64,000 bases of DNA from a virus. Lineage: Duplodnaviria; Caudoviricetes. Below the pieces are notes generated by a model. That model did not search any database, was not told the origin of the DNA, and was given only the letters and a program-made list of their open reading frames with translations. The translations under genes and the position numbers were made by a program. Where the stretch lies: IMG/VR virus record IMGVR_UViG_3300033067_000343, positions 17,247 to 81,246 of that record; one strand, given 5' to 3'. Within the stretch, counting starts at the first letter, position 1. Every line of letters starts with the position of its first letter. Shown piece by piece: positions 9,814-20,681 of this stretch.

Positions 9814-11394
9814 ATGTCTGGAATTAGTCCAACAATGCTCATTGCTGCTGATGGTATCACTAGTGGCAGCGGACTTGGCGTAAGTGCCAATTTAACCGCA
9901 ACTTTAAGTTCATTTGATTCGTCAGAGTTAGTTCAACTGTACACTGACGTTCGTGCTGCACTAAACGGTGCAAACGTTGCTATCCCTAGTGTGCCTAGTT
10001 ACTTAAATGGCAAGGTTGCATCGGATTCTGAGGTAAGTATCACTGCCGCAGTTACAACAGCGGCCGCAGCTATTGCACCAAACACTAAAAAGTTTATTGC
10101 TAACTTTGCAGCGGCAGACAGCTTTGCACAAACCAGCTTTACTTGGTTAGGTGCAATGAGCGACATGGGTACCAAGACCTTTGAAAGTTTTGGATTGGGT
10201 GTAACTAATTTTAGTGAGATGGTGTCCGGTGGCGCAGGCAAGATCTTTGCAGCAGCAGATGGAGTAAAAGCAGACCTTAACACATTGTCTAGCTCAATGT
10301 CCAAGTTCGGTACTGCATTTGATCCAAGTAACTTACAGAAGATGTTTGAGCCAGCTGGCTTTATTGCCAACTTAACCAAACAAGGTCTGGGTAACGTAGG
10401 TGGATTAACTGATGCACTTGAATCGGCGGGGCTAGATACTGCTAACCTTGACAAGGCTAACCCAGAAGTTGTTAAGCAGACGTTGGCAACTGTAACCGGT
10501 TCCGACTTGGAAAAGATCATTGCTCAAACAAAGATCGCCTTACCAGTTGGACACATGGTCAAGACCGCAGCAGACTTATTGGATGCAAAGAAGATGATGA
10601 GTCCCGCAGACTTGGCAGCACTGCCAGGAGGCTCACTAGCCGGCTTAGGTAATGCGTTAACTAACATGGGTGGTAACTTTAAAAAGGTTACTGACATTGC
10701 TAAGAACCTTGCAGCAACAAAGATTCCAACGCTTAAACATTTAGACGCATTGCCTAACCCATTGCCGTCTGGTGTTATGAGCAGCTTTGCAAGCAAGATG
10801 GGCTCCGGGGGCGGCCCATTTGGCAATCCAACTATCATGGACATTATCGGAACTGCCGCAGGTTACAAGCACACTGATGCTTTCACCACATTGGTAAATG
10901 GCCATACTGCTATCCTTGCTTCAAGTCAAGGGCAAGCTCTACAATCTGCTGCTGATGCGTTGATTGCTGATCCAACTAACTCATCTAAGCTGAGTGCATT
11001 CACTTCTGCCCAGGCTGCAATCACTGGCGCCACTGATGTTAACTTGGCAAAGATTGTTAGTGACTGTGCTGCTGCCGTAACAGCAAGTAGCACTCAGTTG
11101 GCAACTGAAGCGTCTAATCAAACAAAGGCAGGCCTGGTTCCGTCTGCTGCAACTACTCCTGCAACTGCACAACTTTTGGCCTTTGCTGCCAAGTTGCCAG
11201 TGTATGGACTTGACAAAACACAAGCAGGATACAACTACATCCTCACCAATATGGTCACTGATGATCAGTATGGTGAAGCCATTACGGCCAGCTTGTCCGA
11301 GGGGGCAAATGCAGCGAAAAATGCTGCCGCAGGCATTGCAAGTACCACCCAAAGCAGTGCCGCAGATGCTCTGGCTAAGATACAAACTAGCTAA
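9814..11394 (+). CDS. putative virion/baseplate-associated protein (Ala/Ser/Thr-rich)
   Basis: 526-aa ORF directly after PAAR gene; composition. Confidence 0.5.
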   Translation: MSGISPTMLIAADGITSGSGLGVSANLTATLSSFDSSELVQLYTDVRAALNGANVAIPSVPSYLNGKVASDSEVSITAAVTTAAAAIAPNTKKFIANFAAADSFAQTSFTWLGAMSDMGTKTFESFGLGVTNFSEMVSGGAGKIFAAADGVKADLNTLSSSMSKFGTAFDPSNLQKMFEPAGFIANLTKQGLGNVGGLTDALESAGLDTANLDKANPEVVKQTLATVTGSDLEKIIAQTKIALPVGHMVKTAADLLDAKKMMSPADLAALPGGSLAGLGNALTNMGGNFKKVTDIAKNLAATKIPTLKHLDALPNPLPSGVMSSFASKMGSGGGPFGNPTIMDIIGTAAGYKHTDAFTTLVNGHTAILASSQGQALQSAADALIADPTNSSKLSAFTSAQAAITGATDVNLAKIVSDCAAAVTASSTQLATEASNQTKAGLVPSAATTPATAQLLAFAAKLPVYGLDKTQAGYNYILTNMVTDDQYGEAITASLSEGANAAKNAAAGIASTTQSSAADALAKIQTS

Positions 11395-11411
11395 AAAACA
11401 CCCCACATAAC

Positions 11412-11440
11412 TTGCAAATAACTGAAAAAAGTGCTATAAT
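11412..11440 (+). promoter_or_regulatory. sigma70-type promoter
   Basis: TTGCAA-17 bp-TATAAT with extended TG. Confidence 0.65.
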
Positions 11441-11524
11441 AGGCGTACTTAACCAGTTATAGTAGTCTTTATCTACCTGTTTTTATAGGTTATATAAACT
11501 ACAGAAAGAAACAAAGGAGAAAGT

Positions 11525-12100
11525 ATGACAACAAAAGCGTCAAACGGTAATCCAAATTTTTGGTTTACTCTTTCTAGAAATGTTATCCAATTTCTAGCAT
11601 TTATGTTAGTGATGTCACTGTTATGGTCAGTGACACAAACAAAACTAGCAACCCTTGAAGAAGGTAGCGATGTCTACCGCCAAGGTTTCGTCAGTGCGGA
11701 AGACCGCACCAAGCAACTTGATTGCTTGACAAAAAACATTTACAATGAAGCAGCCACCGAGCCTTTTGAAGGCAAAGTTGCAGTCGCACAAGTTACAATG
11801 AACCGCGTGGATAGTGGTAAGTTTGGTAAGGGTGTCTGTGGCGTGGTTTATCAGAAGAACGTAATCTATGAAAAAGTCATTTGCCAATTTAGTTGGGCAT
11901 GCATGCCAAGCGTTGCTAAGAAAGCAGTTTACCCTGCTCTCTATAAAGAAAGCGAAGAAGTCGCTAAGAAGGTTCTACTAGAGAACTTCCGTCTGCCAAG
12001 CATGACACAGGCCATGTACTATCACGCAGACTATGTCAACCCAAAGTGGGGCAAACCAAAAATCACACAAATTGGTCACCACATTTTCTACAAGGAATAA
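11525..12100 (+). CDS. cell wall hydrolase (SleB/Hydrolase_2 family) with N-terminal TM
   Basis: CLTKNIYNEA, GKVAVAQVTMNRV, CQFSW, YYHADYVNPKW, IGHHIFY. Confidence 0.9.
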   Translation: MTTKASNGNPNFWFTLSRNVIQFLAFMLVMSLLWSVTQTKLATLEEGSDVYRQGFVSAEDRTKQLDCLTKNIYNEAATEPFEGKVAVAQVTMNRVDSGKFGKGVCGVVYQKNVIYEKVICQFSWACMPSVAKKAVYPALYKESEEVAKKVLLENFRLPSMTQAMYYHADYVNPKWGKPKITQIGHHIFYKE

Positions 12101-12101
12101 A

Positions 12102-12416
12102 ATGACTCTCAATCTAGACTTCGTTAAAAACGCTGTACAGAAATTCTTTGAGGAACACCTTTTAAAGATTTCCGCAGAGACATTGGAATGGCTCAGCATC
12201 ATTGTTATTCATTGTGCAACTGTTCCAACACTGTTGGCTATGATGACAGGACTTAGTGATCGTGCTCCGAGCTTGGACATTGTTATGTTTGTTTGGGGCG
12301 CCTTGCTGTTGATGTTTATCCGTGCTATCATTCTCAAGAATAGCCTAAACATCATCACTAACGGTTTTGGATTTATTTCCCAAGCTGTTATTATGGCATT
12401 TATCTTGTTCCGCTAA
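12102..12416 (+). CDS. small multi-pass membrane protein
   Basis: three hydrophobic segments; ATG at 12102 after SD AAGGA. Confidence 0.6.
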   Translation: MTLNLDFVKNAVQKFFEEHLLKISAETLEWLSIIVIHCATVPTLLAMMTGLSDRAPSLDIVMFVWGALLLMFIRAIILKNSLNIITNGFGFISQAVIMAFILFR

Positions 12417-13060
12417 TGCACCCTACCGAGCCATACTTAATCTATTTTCTAACTGCGTACAAACGCATAATGGATCTGAGATTCCGTGTGGCCGGTTGTT
12501 CATACACGCCTGCGAAATTCACAGACTTGATTCGCAGACAATTTAATGCAGCAGCATTTATCGTAAAGACAGACCGTGATCCAGCAGTAGACCCAGACCA
12601 GGTTATTGTTGCTGGACTTTATGACTGTCATGACGATTCAGAAATGCTGCCCAGCATTACTATCACGCTTTGCTACCATCCCTCACAAAACACATACTTT
12701 GTTGATCTAATCAATTGGGGACAATTTGCATTTGATCTCGCAGAGTGCATGGGGCACGAAATGGTGCATATGAACCAATACAAATTTCCTAGAGTGCCTG
12801 CACTAAAGGATTACAAGAGTCCAACTGGTGCAGAGCTAACACTGGACCAAGAGTATCTCGGCGACGAGAGTGAAATTGAAGCATACGGTTTTAGCATTGC
12901 TGCTGAAATGTGCATATTCAAAAAACCCATACAGGATTGCGTAATGTATGGTGTGTATCAGGAAACGTTTGCATCTGACACACGAGTGGTTCTACAATTA
13001 GAACAACAAGTAGAACAATACCATAAGACTTTGGAGCGACTATATGAGCAAATTAACTAA
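12416..13060 (+). CDS. hypothetical protein with HEXXH motif (possible metallopeptidase)
   Basis: GHEMVH and EIEAY motifs. Confidence 0.55.
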   Translation: MHPTEPYLIYFLTAYKRIMDLRFRVAGCSYTPAKFTDLIRRQFNAAAFIVKTDRDPAVDPDQVIVAGLYDCHDDSEMLPSITITLCYHPSQNTYFVDLINWGQFAFDLAECMGHEMVHMNQYKFPRVPALKDYKSPTGAELTLDQEYLGDESEIEAYGFSIAAEMCIFKKPIQDCVMYGVYQETFASDTRVVLQLEQQVEQYHKTLERLYEQIN

Positions 13061-13277
13061 ACAACAAGAAGAGCAAATCGACGAGCTTGCTGAAATGATG
13101 GAAGACACGCTGGCCGATGATGACTACTGCATTATTGTTGGTCCAGACGGAGAAGTTAAGTCCATTATGTTGCCGGACAATGTGCCATTTGAACTACCGG
13201 AAAATGTAAGTAAAATGCTTGCAGTATTTGGTATCACAGACGTAGACAATATTTCAGGTAACGCTACCTTACATTAA
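13044..13277 (+). CDS. hypothetical acidic protein
   Basis: 77-aa ORF with upstream GGAG. Confidence 0.6.
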   Translation: MSKLTKQQEEQIDELAEMMEDTLADDDYCIIVGPDGEVKSIMLPDNVPFELPENVSKMLAVFGITDVDNISGNATLH

Positions 13278-13299
13278 TCGTTTCATGCTATAATACAGC

Positions 13300-13425
13300 A
13301 TGACATTTAAAGAATGGCTCCGTTCCTTGGAGCCTGAGCGTAAAGCAACACCTAGCGAAGATTTTGCAGACACTATAGCCCTAATGGTAATTGTGGGGCT
13401 AGTGTACATGATGATCTTTGGCTAA
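13300..13425 (+). CDS. small membrane protein (41 aa, not in ORF track)
   Basis: MTFKEWLRSLEPERKATPSEDFADTIALMVIVGLVYMMIFG; TATAAT 5 nt before ATG. Confidence 0.55.
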   Translation: MTFKEWLRSLEPERKATPSEDFADTIALMVIVGLVYMMIFG

Positions 13426-13426
13426 A

Positions 13427-13501
13427 AGTGTTGTATTTTTACAACAAACCAAACAATCCCGAAATTTGTGCTATAATCTAAGCATTGTTAAACAAAACGG
13501 A
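13427..13501 (+). promoter_or_regulatory. early promoter with upstream palindrome
   Basis: GTTGTA-N4-TACAAC palindrome, then TGcTATAAT; 37-bp block 13465-13501 identical to 41962-41998. Confidence 0.7.
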
Positions 13502-13508
13502 GTTCGAA

Positions 13509-13838
13509 ATGCGTAAAGTTACTACTACCCTTAACACAGATGGTTGCGGCTACTGGAGTGAAGTTGCCAAGCCAGTTAAGATTGTTGGCATTAATTTGCC
13601 CTATGTTAACGACGAAGAAGACTTCGGCGAACTCCTTGTGATGTTTGACAAAAAGACTTGGGACGTTAACAAGGACGGCCTCATCTACACTGACCGCCAA
13701 TTTGAAGAAGAACTCAAGGCATTTTTGACCACTATTGGTCTGGCAGGCGAAGACATTACCTACAGCGAGCAAGGTATGCAAGGTGACGACTATGTGTCGT
13801 TTGATGTAGGCGAAGCATTCATTCAAAGCTATGCATAA
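13509..13838 (+). CDS. hypothetical early protein
   Basis: ATG 13509 after SD GGAG; in frame with track ORF 13485. Confidence 0.65.
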   Translation: MRKVTTTLNTDGCGYWSEVAKPVKIVGINLPYVNDEEDFGELLVMFDKKTWDVNKDGLIYTDRQFEEELKAFLTTIGLAGEDITYSEQGMQGDDYVSFDVGEAFIQSYA

Positions 13839-14229
13839 TACACCACCCGATTTTGATGAGACCAATGTGTTCCTGGTTTACTGGGACTGTTACGGTCTTG
13901 AGTCCTGCATAGACATTACAGAAGACATGCGTGAAGCAAATCATCTTGAGTCTGAGAACTTGTTTGAGCGTCTCAAGAATCCAGAAGACGAACCGCCCAA
14001 TGCTGCGGTACGTAAAATTACTCATATGATTAACAGTATGAGTATGCGGGCACGTTTTAATCCGCAGCGTGACTACGAACTGTACTTTATCCATACAGAC
14101 AAATCCATTACTAAGGATCAATTTGAAACCATGTTTGAGGAGGATCCGCAGGCCGCTGTAGATTTGATCCGTGAACGTGGACAAAAACTTTTTAGCCACC
14201 GCAACTCCGTTGAAAGGGTAATATCATGA
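13831..14229 (+). CDS. hypothetical protein
   Basis: 132-aa coupled ORF. Confidence 0.6.
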   Translation: MHNTPPDFDETNVFLVYWDCYGLESCIDITEDMREANHLESENLFERLKNPEDEPPNAAVRKITHMINSMSMRARFNPQRDYELYFIHTDKSITKDQFETMFEEDPQAAVDLIRERGQKLFSHRNSVERVIS

Positions 14230-14408
14230 ACGACAAGAAAATCCACCTCTACACTATTGTGTATCAACTGCCACTGTCCAATGCTCAACTGTTTGGCGAG
14301 CTTGAATCGTACATGTCTAACTCTAATCCAGAGCAGCCTGAGCCCGAGATTACAGAGTTTGCTGAAGCAAACGAAGTTATTGCCCGTTACACATTGGGAA
14401 AAAAATGA
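14226..14408 (+). CDS. hypothetical protein
   Basis: ATGA overlap. Confidence 0.55.
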   Translation: MNDKKIHLYTIVYQLPLSNAQLFGELESYMSNSNPEQPEPEITEFAEANEVIARYTLGKK

Positions 14409-14674
14409 GCCCGTTAACTAAGCTGCTAATTGATGTGCAAAACGGCGAGGTTGATCCCAGCGAGTTAACCCTGGAACAGCAAGAAATGGTACTCAAAGGG
14501 TACAGGGAACTTGCTGGACGTTTGCTTGATGATCCAACGTTTCTCGAAGCAGGAGAACAAATCCTCGAAATCATTGACTCAGTTGAAATAAATGACCCGT
14601 TTGAAGAAGCCATTGTAGCTGCTGAAACCCGTGGTAGCACTTACTGGGATTTAGAAACAGACAGCTTGCATTAA
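14405..14674 (+). CDS. hypothetical protein
   Basis: ATGA overlap. Confidence 0.55.
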   Translation: MSPLTKLLIDVQNGEVDPSELTLEQQEMVLKGYRELAGRLLDDPTFLEAGEQILEIIDSVEINDPFEEAIVAAETRGSTYWDLETDSLH

Positions 14675-14697
14675 ACCCCGTTAGATTTGCATTTTAT

Positions 14698-14725
14698 GGA
14701 CCCGCCTTTGTGCGGGTTTCCTTTT
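14698..14725 (+). terminator. probable intrinsic terminator
   Basis: ACCCGC-CTTTGT-GCGGGT stem followed by TTCCTTTT. Confidence 0.5.
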
Positions 14726-14742
14726 GGCCGGCTAAATACACT

Positions 14743-14940
14743 ATGAGCTACTCTTACCAACAATCGTTTAATGCCACGCTTAACGCCCTTCCTAAAGATC
14801 AGCGTAGAGACTACAAACTTGCAAACATTGCAGCAGTTGACCGCCAACAAGTAGGCACACCTAGTTACAGAGAGTACAACCAATATACCAGCCCGGGAAC
14901 TGTTGCGCCAGCAGAAGGTCGCCCGTGGACTAAACTATAA
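14743..14940 (+). CDS. hypothetical late protein
   Basis: ATG 14743 just after TAAATA motif. Confidence 0.6.
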   Translation: MSYSYQQSFNATLNALPKDQRRDYKLANIAAVDRQQVGTPSYREYNQYTSPGTVAPAEGRPWTKL

Positions 14941-14949
14941 GGATATCCC

Positions 14950-15273
14950 ATGAAAGCAGCAGAAATACTACGCAGCCTAGCAGACGTTATCGATCGTGCA
15001 GAATCAGGCGCAGCACCAGCAGAAGTGCCAACACAAATCCAAAAGCCACAGTTTCATAAAGTTGCGGTAGCAAACGACGAACAAGGTGATCCATATTCTA
15101 CAATGACTAGCCCATTGCAGCAAAAACTAGAATTGCTAAAGAAGGCAGCGGGCGTAGAAAGTGCATACGATGAACAAGACTGCGAAGAAGCAGATCCTTT
15201 AGATCAAATGAAAAAGATGGCCGGTCTTCAAACAGTAATGGTGGCTTCCGAAGATAACGATATCGAAGGGTAA
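14950..15273 (+). CDS. hypothetical protein
   Basis: 107-aa ORF with SD AAGGA. Confidence 0.6.
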   Translation: MKAAEILRSLADVIDRAESGAAPAEVPTQIQKPQFHKVAVANDEQGDPYSTMTSPLQQKLELLKKAAGVESAYDEQDCEEADPLDQMKKMAGLQTVMVASEDNDIEG

Positions 15274-15278
15274 TCCCA

Positions 15279-17357
15279 ATGGCTATTAAAAAGTTTCGTG
15301 CCGGTAGAGTATCTAGTGCAGATGCTAGTACGTGGATCGGCGAGCCGGGCACAATGTTTTATGACGAAGCCACGGGTCAGCTAAAGATAGCTGACGGTGT
15401 TACCCCTGGCGGCAGCTACATACCACTAGTTATTGCAACACCCACTGTAGCCGGTGCTATTAAAGCAGGGCCTGGTGCCAACGTTGCAGTTGACGGAACA
15501 CTAACTATTGACACAGCCGGCTTGCCACTAAGCATCGGTAACTTGTCTATTATTGGCGCAAATATCAGCACAGTTGGTACCGATGAAAATTTGAACTTAA
15601 TTTCAAACGGCTCCGGCGAAATCAACGTTGTAGGCAACTTCCACGTTCACACAGTTGAACAGGGCCCAAACTCAGCAAGCCCGATCTTCTCAGTGGTCTC
15701 TGATGGTCAAGTGCGAATGATTATCCCAAGTGTTGATAGCATTGCAGGCGCAGCCCAAATCATCGGCAATGCCGACAGTTCGTTCGTTGTTCCCAACAAT
15801 ACCGGCGTGATGTTTCACGTCACCGGCCAACTAAACGATCCCGGACGTATTTACAATGACGGGCAAGGAGCATACGCCGCGTACATTGGTAGACGATACA
15901 ACGGTACAAGTGTAAGCCCAAGCCAAGTTTTAGCTAATCAAATGATCAGCCGTGTTGGTGCGACTCCGTACACTAATACCGGATGGCCAACTATTTCCAC
16001 AGCTCGTATTGATTTTGTTGCTAGTCAAAATCAAACCACAACGGCACTAGGCAGCAGAATCGAATTCTGGGCAACAGCAAATAATTCATCTACTATCACT
16101 AAAGTCGCAACAATTGATGCCGACAATGGCGTAACAACCATTGGAAACTTAACTGTCTCAGGTAGAATCCTGCCAATCGACGGTAACGACATTGGCATAT
16201 CAACCCACCGCTGGGGTAACATTTGGCTAGGTCCAACTGCTATTCACATGCAGGACACTGTGACAATGGATGATGTGGCCTTGCAAGTCACTAACGGCAC
16301 ACTGTATCTAAATGGTGCAGAAAACATTGCACTGGGTAACTTGGTAATCCAAAACGCCACGTTAAAAACTATTACTCCTGACTTAGACATTAACATAGGC
16401 GAATTGCCTGACACTGGCAACGTAAACGTCTATCGCCCAATATATGTTTACGATACCGGTGGTAATGTGCGTTTCAACACCGACCGTAACGGGTTTGTAA
16501 CTATCCATGCCCCTACTGTAACCACTACTAATGCAGGTTTAATGATCATCGGCAGCACAAGTGGCAACATACAACCAGCTGGCGGGACCAGCACAGGGCG
16601 AATGGTGCATATCACTGGTAATGACGGTGCAAGTGCTAGATTTACAATGGATGCATTTGGCACCGGTGCATTTGCTAGTTATATTGGTCGAGCTGCAAGG
16701 GGCACAGCGGATAGCCCAACGGCATTACAAGCCGGTGATGTGATGATGCGTTTTAGTGCGACCGGATGGGCGGAACCGGGATACAACACAACCAACACAG
16801 GCGGACCTCCTACAAGTATCGACTTTGTAGCCACCGACAACTATACTCATAGTGTCTACGGTAGTGCTATTAAGTTCTACACAAGTCCACAGGGTTCAAT
16901 TGGTCGTAATCTAAGTCTAACCGTAGATACAACTGGGATAACTGCTAACAGTCTTACTAGCAATACTGCATCCATTGTGGGCAACGTAACAGCCGGCAAC
17001 GTTAATGCAAAAGTTTATGGCGAATTACACGGTACACTATTCCGCCCAATTCGCAACGCCGGTGTAATTGCAGACGGTGGTACCTTAACTATCGACTTCA
17101 GCACAGACGCTATTGTTTATTGCACATGGGCTAACGGTATGAATTTGGCATACTCTAACTATACAGCAGGCCGAATAGTTAAAGTTATGTGTACTAAAGC
17201 ATCCGGTTCAGGCACTGACAGTATAGGTTTAGATGGTATAACGGCTGCACAAGTGTCTAGCGGATCAACATCAATTACGGCAGCGGCTGATACTACTACA
17301 TTTATCGAACTTGTTTGTACAAACGGCACTATTGGTGGCTTGTTTGCTAAAGTGTAA
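15279..17357 (+). CDS. tail fibre protein with internal duplicated module
   Basis: GEPGTMFYD..TGQLKIADGVTPGG N-terminal anchor; Gly/Thr/Asn-rich; two copies of HVTG..YIGR..G...P..RIDFVA..G..I.F. Confidence 0.7.
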   Translation: MAIKKFRAGRVSSADASTWIGEPGTMFYDEATGQLKIADGVTPGGSYIPLVIATPTVAGAIKAGPGANVAVDGTLTIDTAGLPLSIGNLSIIGANISTVGTDENLNLISNGSGEINVVGNFHVHTVEQGPNSASPIFSVVSDGQVRMIIPSVDSIAGAAQIIGNADSSFVVPNNTGVMFHVTGQLNDPGRIYNDGQGAYAAYIGRRYNGTSVSPSQVLANQMISRVGATPYTNTGWPTISTARIDFVASQNQTTTALGSRIEFWATANNSSTITKVATIDADNGVTTIGNLTVSGRILPIDGNDIGISTHRWGNIWLGPTAIHMQDTVTMDDVALQVTNGTLYLNGAENIALGNLVIQNATLKTITPDLDINIGELPDTGNVNVYRPIYVYDTGGNVRFNTDRNGFVTIHAPTVTTTNAGLMIIGSTSGNIQPAGGTSTGRMVHITGNDGASARFTMDAFGTGAFASYIGRAARGTADSPTALQAGDVMMRFSATGWAEPGYNTTNTGGPPTSIDFVATDNYTHSVYGSAIKFYTSPQGSIGRNLSLTVDTTGITANSLTSNTASIVGNVTAGNVNAKVYGELHGTLFRPIRNAGVIADGGTLTIDFSTDAIVYCTWANGMNLAYSNYTAGRIVKVMCTKASGSGTDSIGLDGITAAQVSSGSTSITAAADTTTFIELVCTNGTIGGLFAKV

Positions 17358-17427
17358 TAGCCAGAACTTTTGACTTCGCCCACATCATAACGTATACTAC
17401 GGGACTAAAACCCAATAAATATACGTT

Positions 17428-19119
17428 ATGATATTCGGATACTTTACCCTTCTTGTAGCACTAACAATTAGTGCCGTGGCAGAGTTCTACAGCATTGTAG
17501 GTCTTACTGCTATTTTCTCCGCGGCCTTTTGGCCCATTGTTATCATGGGTGCCAGTCTTGGCGTTGGCAAAGTCACTGCCGCAGTTTGGTTAAAGCTAAA
17601 CTGGGAACGAGCTAGTTGGACCTACAAACTATACCTGGTACCCGCAGTGGCATTCTTAATGGTGTTAACCAGCATGGGCATCTTTGGTTTTTTAAGTAAA
17701 GCACACAGTGATCAAAGTTTGGTATCAGGTGACGGACAAGCCAAGGTAGCAATATATGATGAGAAAATCAAGACAGCCAAGGACAATATCGATGCGAACC
17801 GAACTGCTCTTAAGCAGATGGATGCAGCCGTTGATCAAGTTATGGGTCGAAGCACTGATGAAAAAGGTGCTGACAAAGCAGTTAGTATTCGGAGAAGTCA
17901 GGCCAAAGAACGAGCCAGACTATTGGCGGAAATTGCAGCCGAACAGAAAGTTGTTGCCCAGCTTAGTGAAGAACGGGCACCCTTGGCCGCAGAATTCCGC
18001 AAAGTCGAAGCTGAGGTTGGACCAATTAAGTACATTGCCGCACTAGTCTACGGCGATAACCCTGACGCAAACATTCTCGAAAAAGCAGTACGACTTGTTA
18101 TTATTCTAATTGTTGCAGTATTTGACCCGCTTGCCTTGGTATTAATCTTGGCAGCTCAACAAAGTATTCGTTGGGCAAAGGAAGAGAAGGATGAACACAC
18201 ACCTGGCGAGGTGAACAAACATACGCAACCTTCCGGGTTAGAACAAGTTACGCAAGAATCAACTGTAGAGGAACAAGATGCAGTGGCAACCGCGCCGGCT
18301 GCGGACGCTGAGCCCACAGTTCAGGAAGTTACAGCTGAGCCACAAACTACAGTTGATCCACTTGCGTATCTAAAGCAACCATTTGTACACTTTGAAAACT
18401 TACAGCCAATGGTTCACAAACCAGAAGTCATTGAGCAGCCTGAGATTTATGCAGGCAACCCAGAGGACTTTAAAGAGCCATGGCCCGAAGAAGATAAAGC
18501 AAAGCTAGTAGAAGCTATGCAAACCTTCTTTGATCAAAACAAAGAAGAAAAGGCGAGTGAAGTAAATGAAGTCAAGGCCGAAATCATTGCAGATGACGGA
18601 GTAGACGAAGCTGCGTTCTTGGAACGGTTCGATGAGAACCTAGCCAAGAATACCATAGACATTCTCACGATGGGCATCGACGAAGTTGAACGCCCAGGTG
18701 ATTACTTAACTCCACCTGAGCCAGAATACACTGGCCCAATGAAGGAAATTGTAGAAGAGTACGTTGATCCAAACACACGTATCAAAACCCTAAACCACCG
18801 TTGGGTTCCTGACTTATCTGCTACAGCGGATAATGCACCAGACGGTACACAGGCCAATGCAGACTTTGGTACAACATTCCCAGCTAAAGCCACTAAAGGT
18901 GACATGCACGTTCGCGTAGACTTCTTGCCACCACGCTTGTTTAAGTTCAACGGCGTAAAGTGGATGGAAGTTGACAAGAGCATGACTGACAGTCACTATA
19001 GCGACGAGTACATCAAGCACTTAATTGACAAGATCAACAGCGGCGAGTATGCTGTTGAAGATCTAAGCGAAAGCGAACAAGATCAGATTCGTGAATACCT
19101 AAGTAAAAACGACGAATGA
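17428..19119 (+). CDS. membrane protein with coiled coil and acidic C-terminal region
   Basis: three N-terminal TM segments, coiled coil, EVGPIKYIA..FDPLA motif, fourth TM. Confidence 0.65.
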   Translation: MIFGYFTLLVALTISAVAEFYSIVGLTAIFSAAFWPIVIMGASLGVGKVTAAVWLKLNWERASWTYKLYLVPAVAFLMVLTSMGIFGFLSKAHSDQSLVSGDGQAKVAIYDEKIKTAKDNIDANRTALKQMDAAVDQVMGRSTDEKGADKAVSIRRSQAKERARLLAEIAAEQKVVAQLSEERAPLAAEFRKVEAEVGPIKYIAALVYGDNPDANILEKAVRLVIILIVAVFDPLALVLILAAQQSIRWAKEEKDEHTPGEVNKHTQPSGLEQVTQESTVEEQDAVATAPAADAEPTVQEVTAEPQTTVDPLAYLKQPFVHFENLQPMVHKPEVIEQPEIYAGNPEDFKEPWPEEDKAKLVEAMQTFFDQNKEEKASEVNEVKAEIIADDGVDEAAFLERFDENLAKNTIDILTMGIDEVERPGDYLTPPEPEYTGPMKEIVEEYVDPNTRIKTLNHRWVPDLSATADNAPDGTQANADFGTTFPAKATKGDMHVRVDFLPPRLFKFNGVKWMEVDKSMTDSHYSDEYIKHLIDKINSGEYAVEDLSESEQDQIREYLSKNDE

Positions 19120-19499
19120 CAACCAATTTTATAACACCACCGGACTTTGTAGAAGATCCGAACCATACTATTCTGCTAATTGATGCAGACCCTGTTGATG
19201 TAGAAACATTGGCTTACCTGTGTGCAGGACACGAAGAAGCATTTAACGTTTATTTGTATCGTGAAGATATGGATAACGATCTTTGGCTCAATCAAGTTGC
19301 TGACCGTGCTGATACAATTATCGTAAATACTATAGATAACAAACTAAGTATCATTAAAGATAATTTTATTGACTTTCAAAAAACTTATTACTATGGACCC
19401 AAGCATTTCTTGCATAACACAAGACGATGCGAAACTCTATTAGATTATTTTGTAATTCGAGCTAATGACAGAAAACATCAAACTCCAAGTCCATTGTAA
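19116..19499 (+). CDS. hypothetical protein
   Basis: 127-aa coupled ORF. Confidence 0.6.
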   Translation: MTTNFITPPDFVEDPNHTILLIDADPVDVETLAYLCAGHEEAFNVYLYREDMDNDLWLNQVADRADTIIVNTIDNKLSIIKDNFIDFQKTYYYGPKHFLHNTRRCETLLDYFVIRANDRKHQTPSPL

Positions 19500-20673
19500 C
19501 TTCTGCGGTAAGAACCGTAATGAAGTAGATAAACTAATTGTTGCAAACGATGCAGGTATCTGTAACGAGTGCATCAGCTTATGCAGTAACATCATTAACA
19601 AAGAGCGTAATGATGAGTTCCGCAAAGACAAAAAGGTCAGTAAAGCACTAGACCCTATTAAGATTAAGAACCACCTCGACGAGTATGTGATTGGGCAGGA
19701 TGCTGCTAAGATTGCCCTAAGCGTTGGCGTTGTTAATCACTACAAACGCATCTTCTTTGAAAGTGCAGTAGAGCTAGAGAAGTCAAACATTCTAGTATTT
19801 GGGCCAACAGGATCGGGTAAAACACTGTTAGCCAAAACAATTGCACGTTACCTAAACGTTCCATTTGTTGTAGCAGATGCAACTACCTTAACTGAAGCAG
19901 GATACGTAGGCGACGATGTGGAAAGCATTATTGGTGGACTGCTATCCGCAGCAGACAATGACGTTGCACGTTGTGAGCAGGGCATTATCTTCCTAGACGA
20001 AGTAGACAAGATTGCCCGAAAAAGCGAAGGCGCAAGTATTACCCGCGACGTAAGTGGCGAAGGTGTACAGCAAGCTCTACTAAAGCTAGTAGAAGGCACC
20101 AAGTGCAAGGTAAGTGTAAACGGTGGCAAGAAGCATCCTGCATTGGATCAAGTGGAAATTGATACAAGCAAGATTCTGTTTGTTGCAGGTGGTGCATTTC
20201 CGGGACTAGAGAAACTAGTGGAACGTAGACAGCGTGGATCTAACATTGGATTTAACGGCCCACTATCAACTGAGAATTTAGACAGCACACAAGTTACGCC
20301 CGAAGACTTTATCAAGTTTGGAATGATTCCCGAATTCTGCGGACGTTTTCCTATTACAGTTCAAATCGATGAGCTAACTGTAGACGACTTTATTCGGATT
20401 CTCAAAGAACCTAAAAACAACTTGCTGGCACAAATGAAGTTCTATTTTGAAAGCGACGAAATAGAATTAACGTTTACAGACGATGCAGTGTTAGCAGTAG
20501 CAGAATTGGCGCATGAGCAGCATGTAGGTGCTCGTGGACTAAAAACCATATTAGAGCGTACTCTAATGCCCTACATGTACACCCTAGCTGAAATTAAAAA
20601 GCAGGGGTTTAAAAAGATCGAAATAACTGACAAAGTTGTTAAATATAACGATCCACCCAATTTTATAGAATAA
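19465..20673 (+). CDS. clpX: ATP-dependent Clp protease ATPase subunit ClpX
   Basis: C4 zinc domain (CNFC..C..C), [12 protein letters not shown] pore loop, [13 protein letters not shown] loop, GARGL. Confidence 0.96.
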   Translation: MTENIKLQVHCNFCGKNRNEVDKLIVANDAGICNECISLCSNIINKERNDEFRKDKKVSKALDPIKIKNHLDEYVIGQDAAKIALSVGVVNHYKRIFFESAVELEKSNILVFGPTGSGKTLLAKTIARYLNVPFVVADATTLTEAGYVGDDVESIIGGLLSAADNDVARCEQGIIFLDEVDKIARKSEGASITRDVSGEGVQQALLKLVEGTKCKVSVNGGKKHPALDQVEIDTSKILFVAGGAFPGLEKLVERRQRGSNIGFNGPLSTENLDSTQVTPEDFIKFGMIPEFCGRFPITVQIDELTVDDFIRILKEPKNNLLAQMKFYFESDEIELTFTDDAVLAVAELAHEQHVGARGLKTILERTLMPYMYTLAEIKKQGFKKIEITDKVVKYNDPPNFIE

Positions 20674-20681
20674 GGACACAG

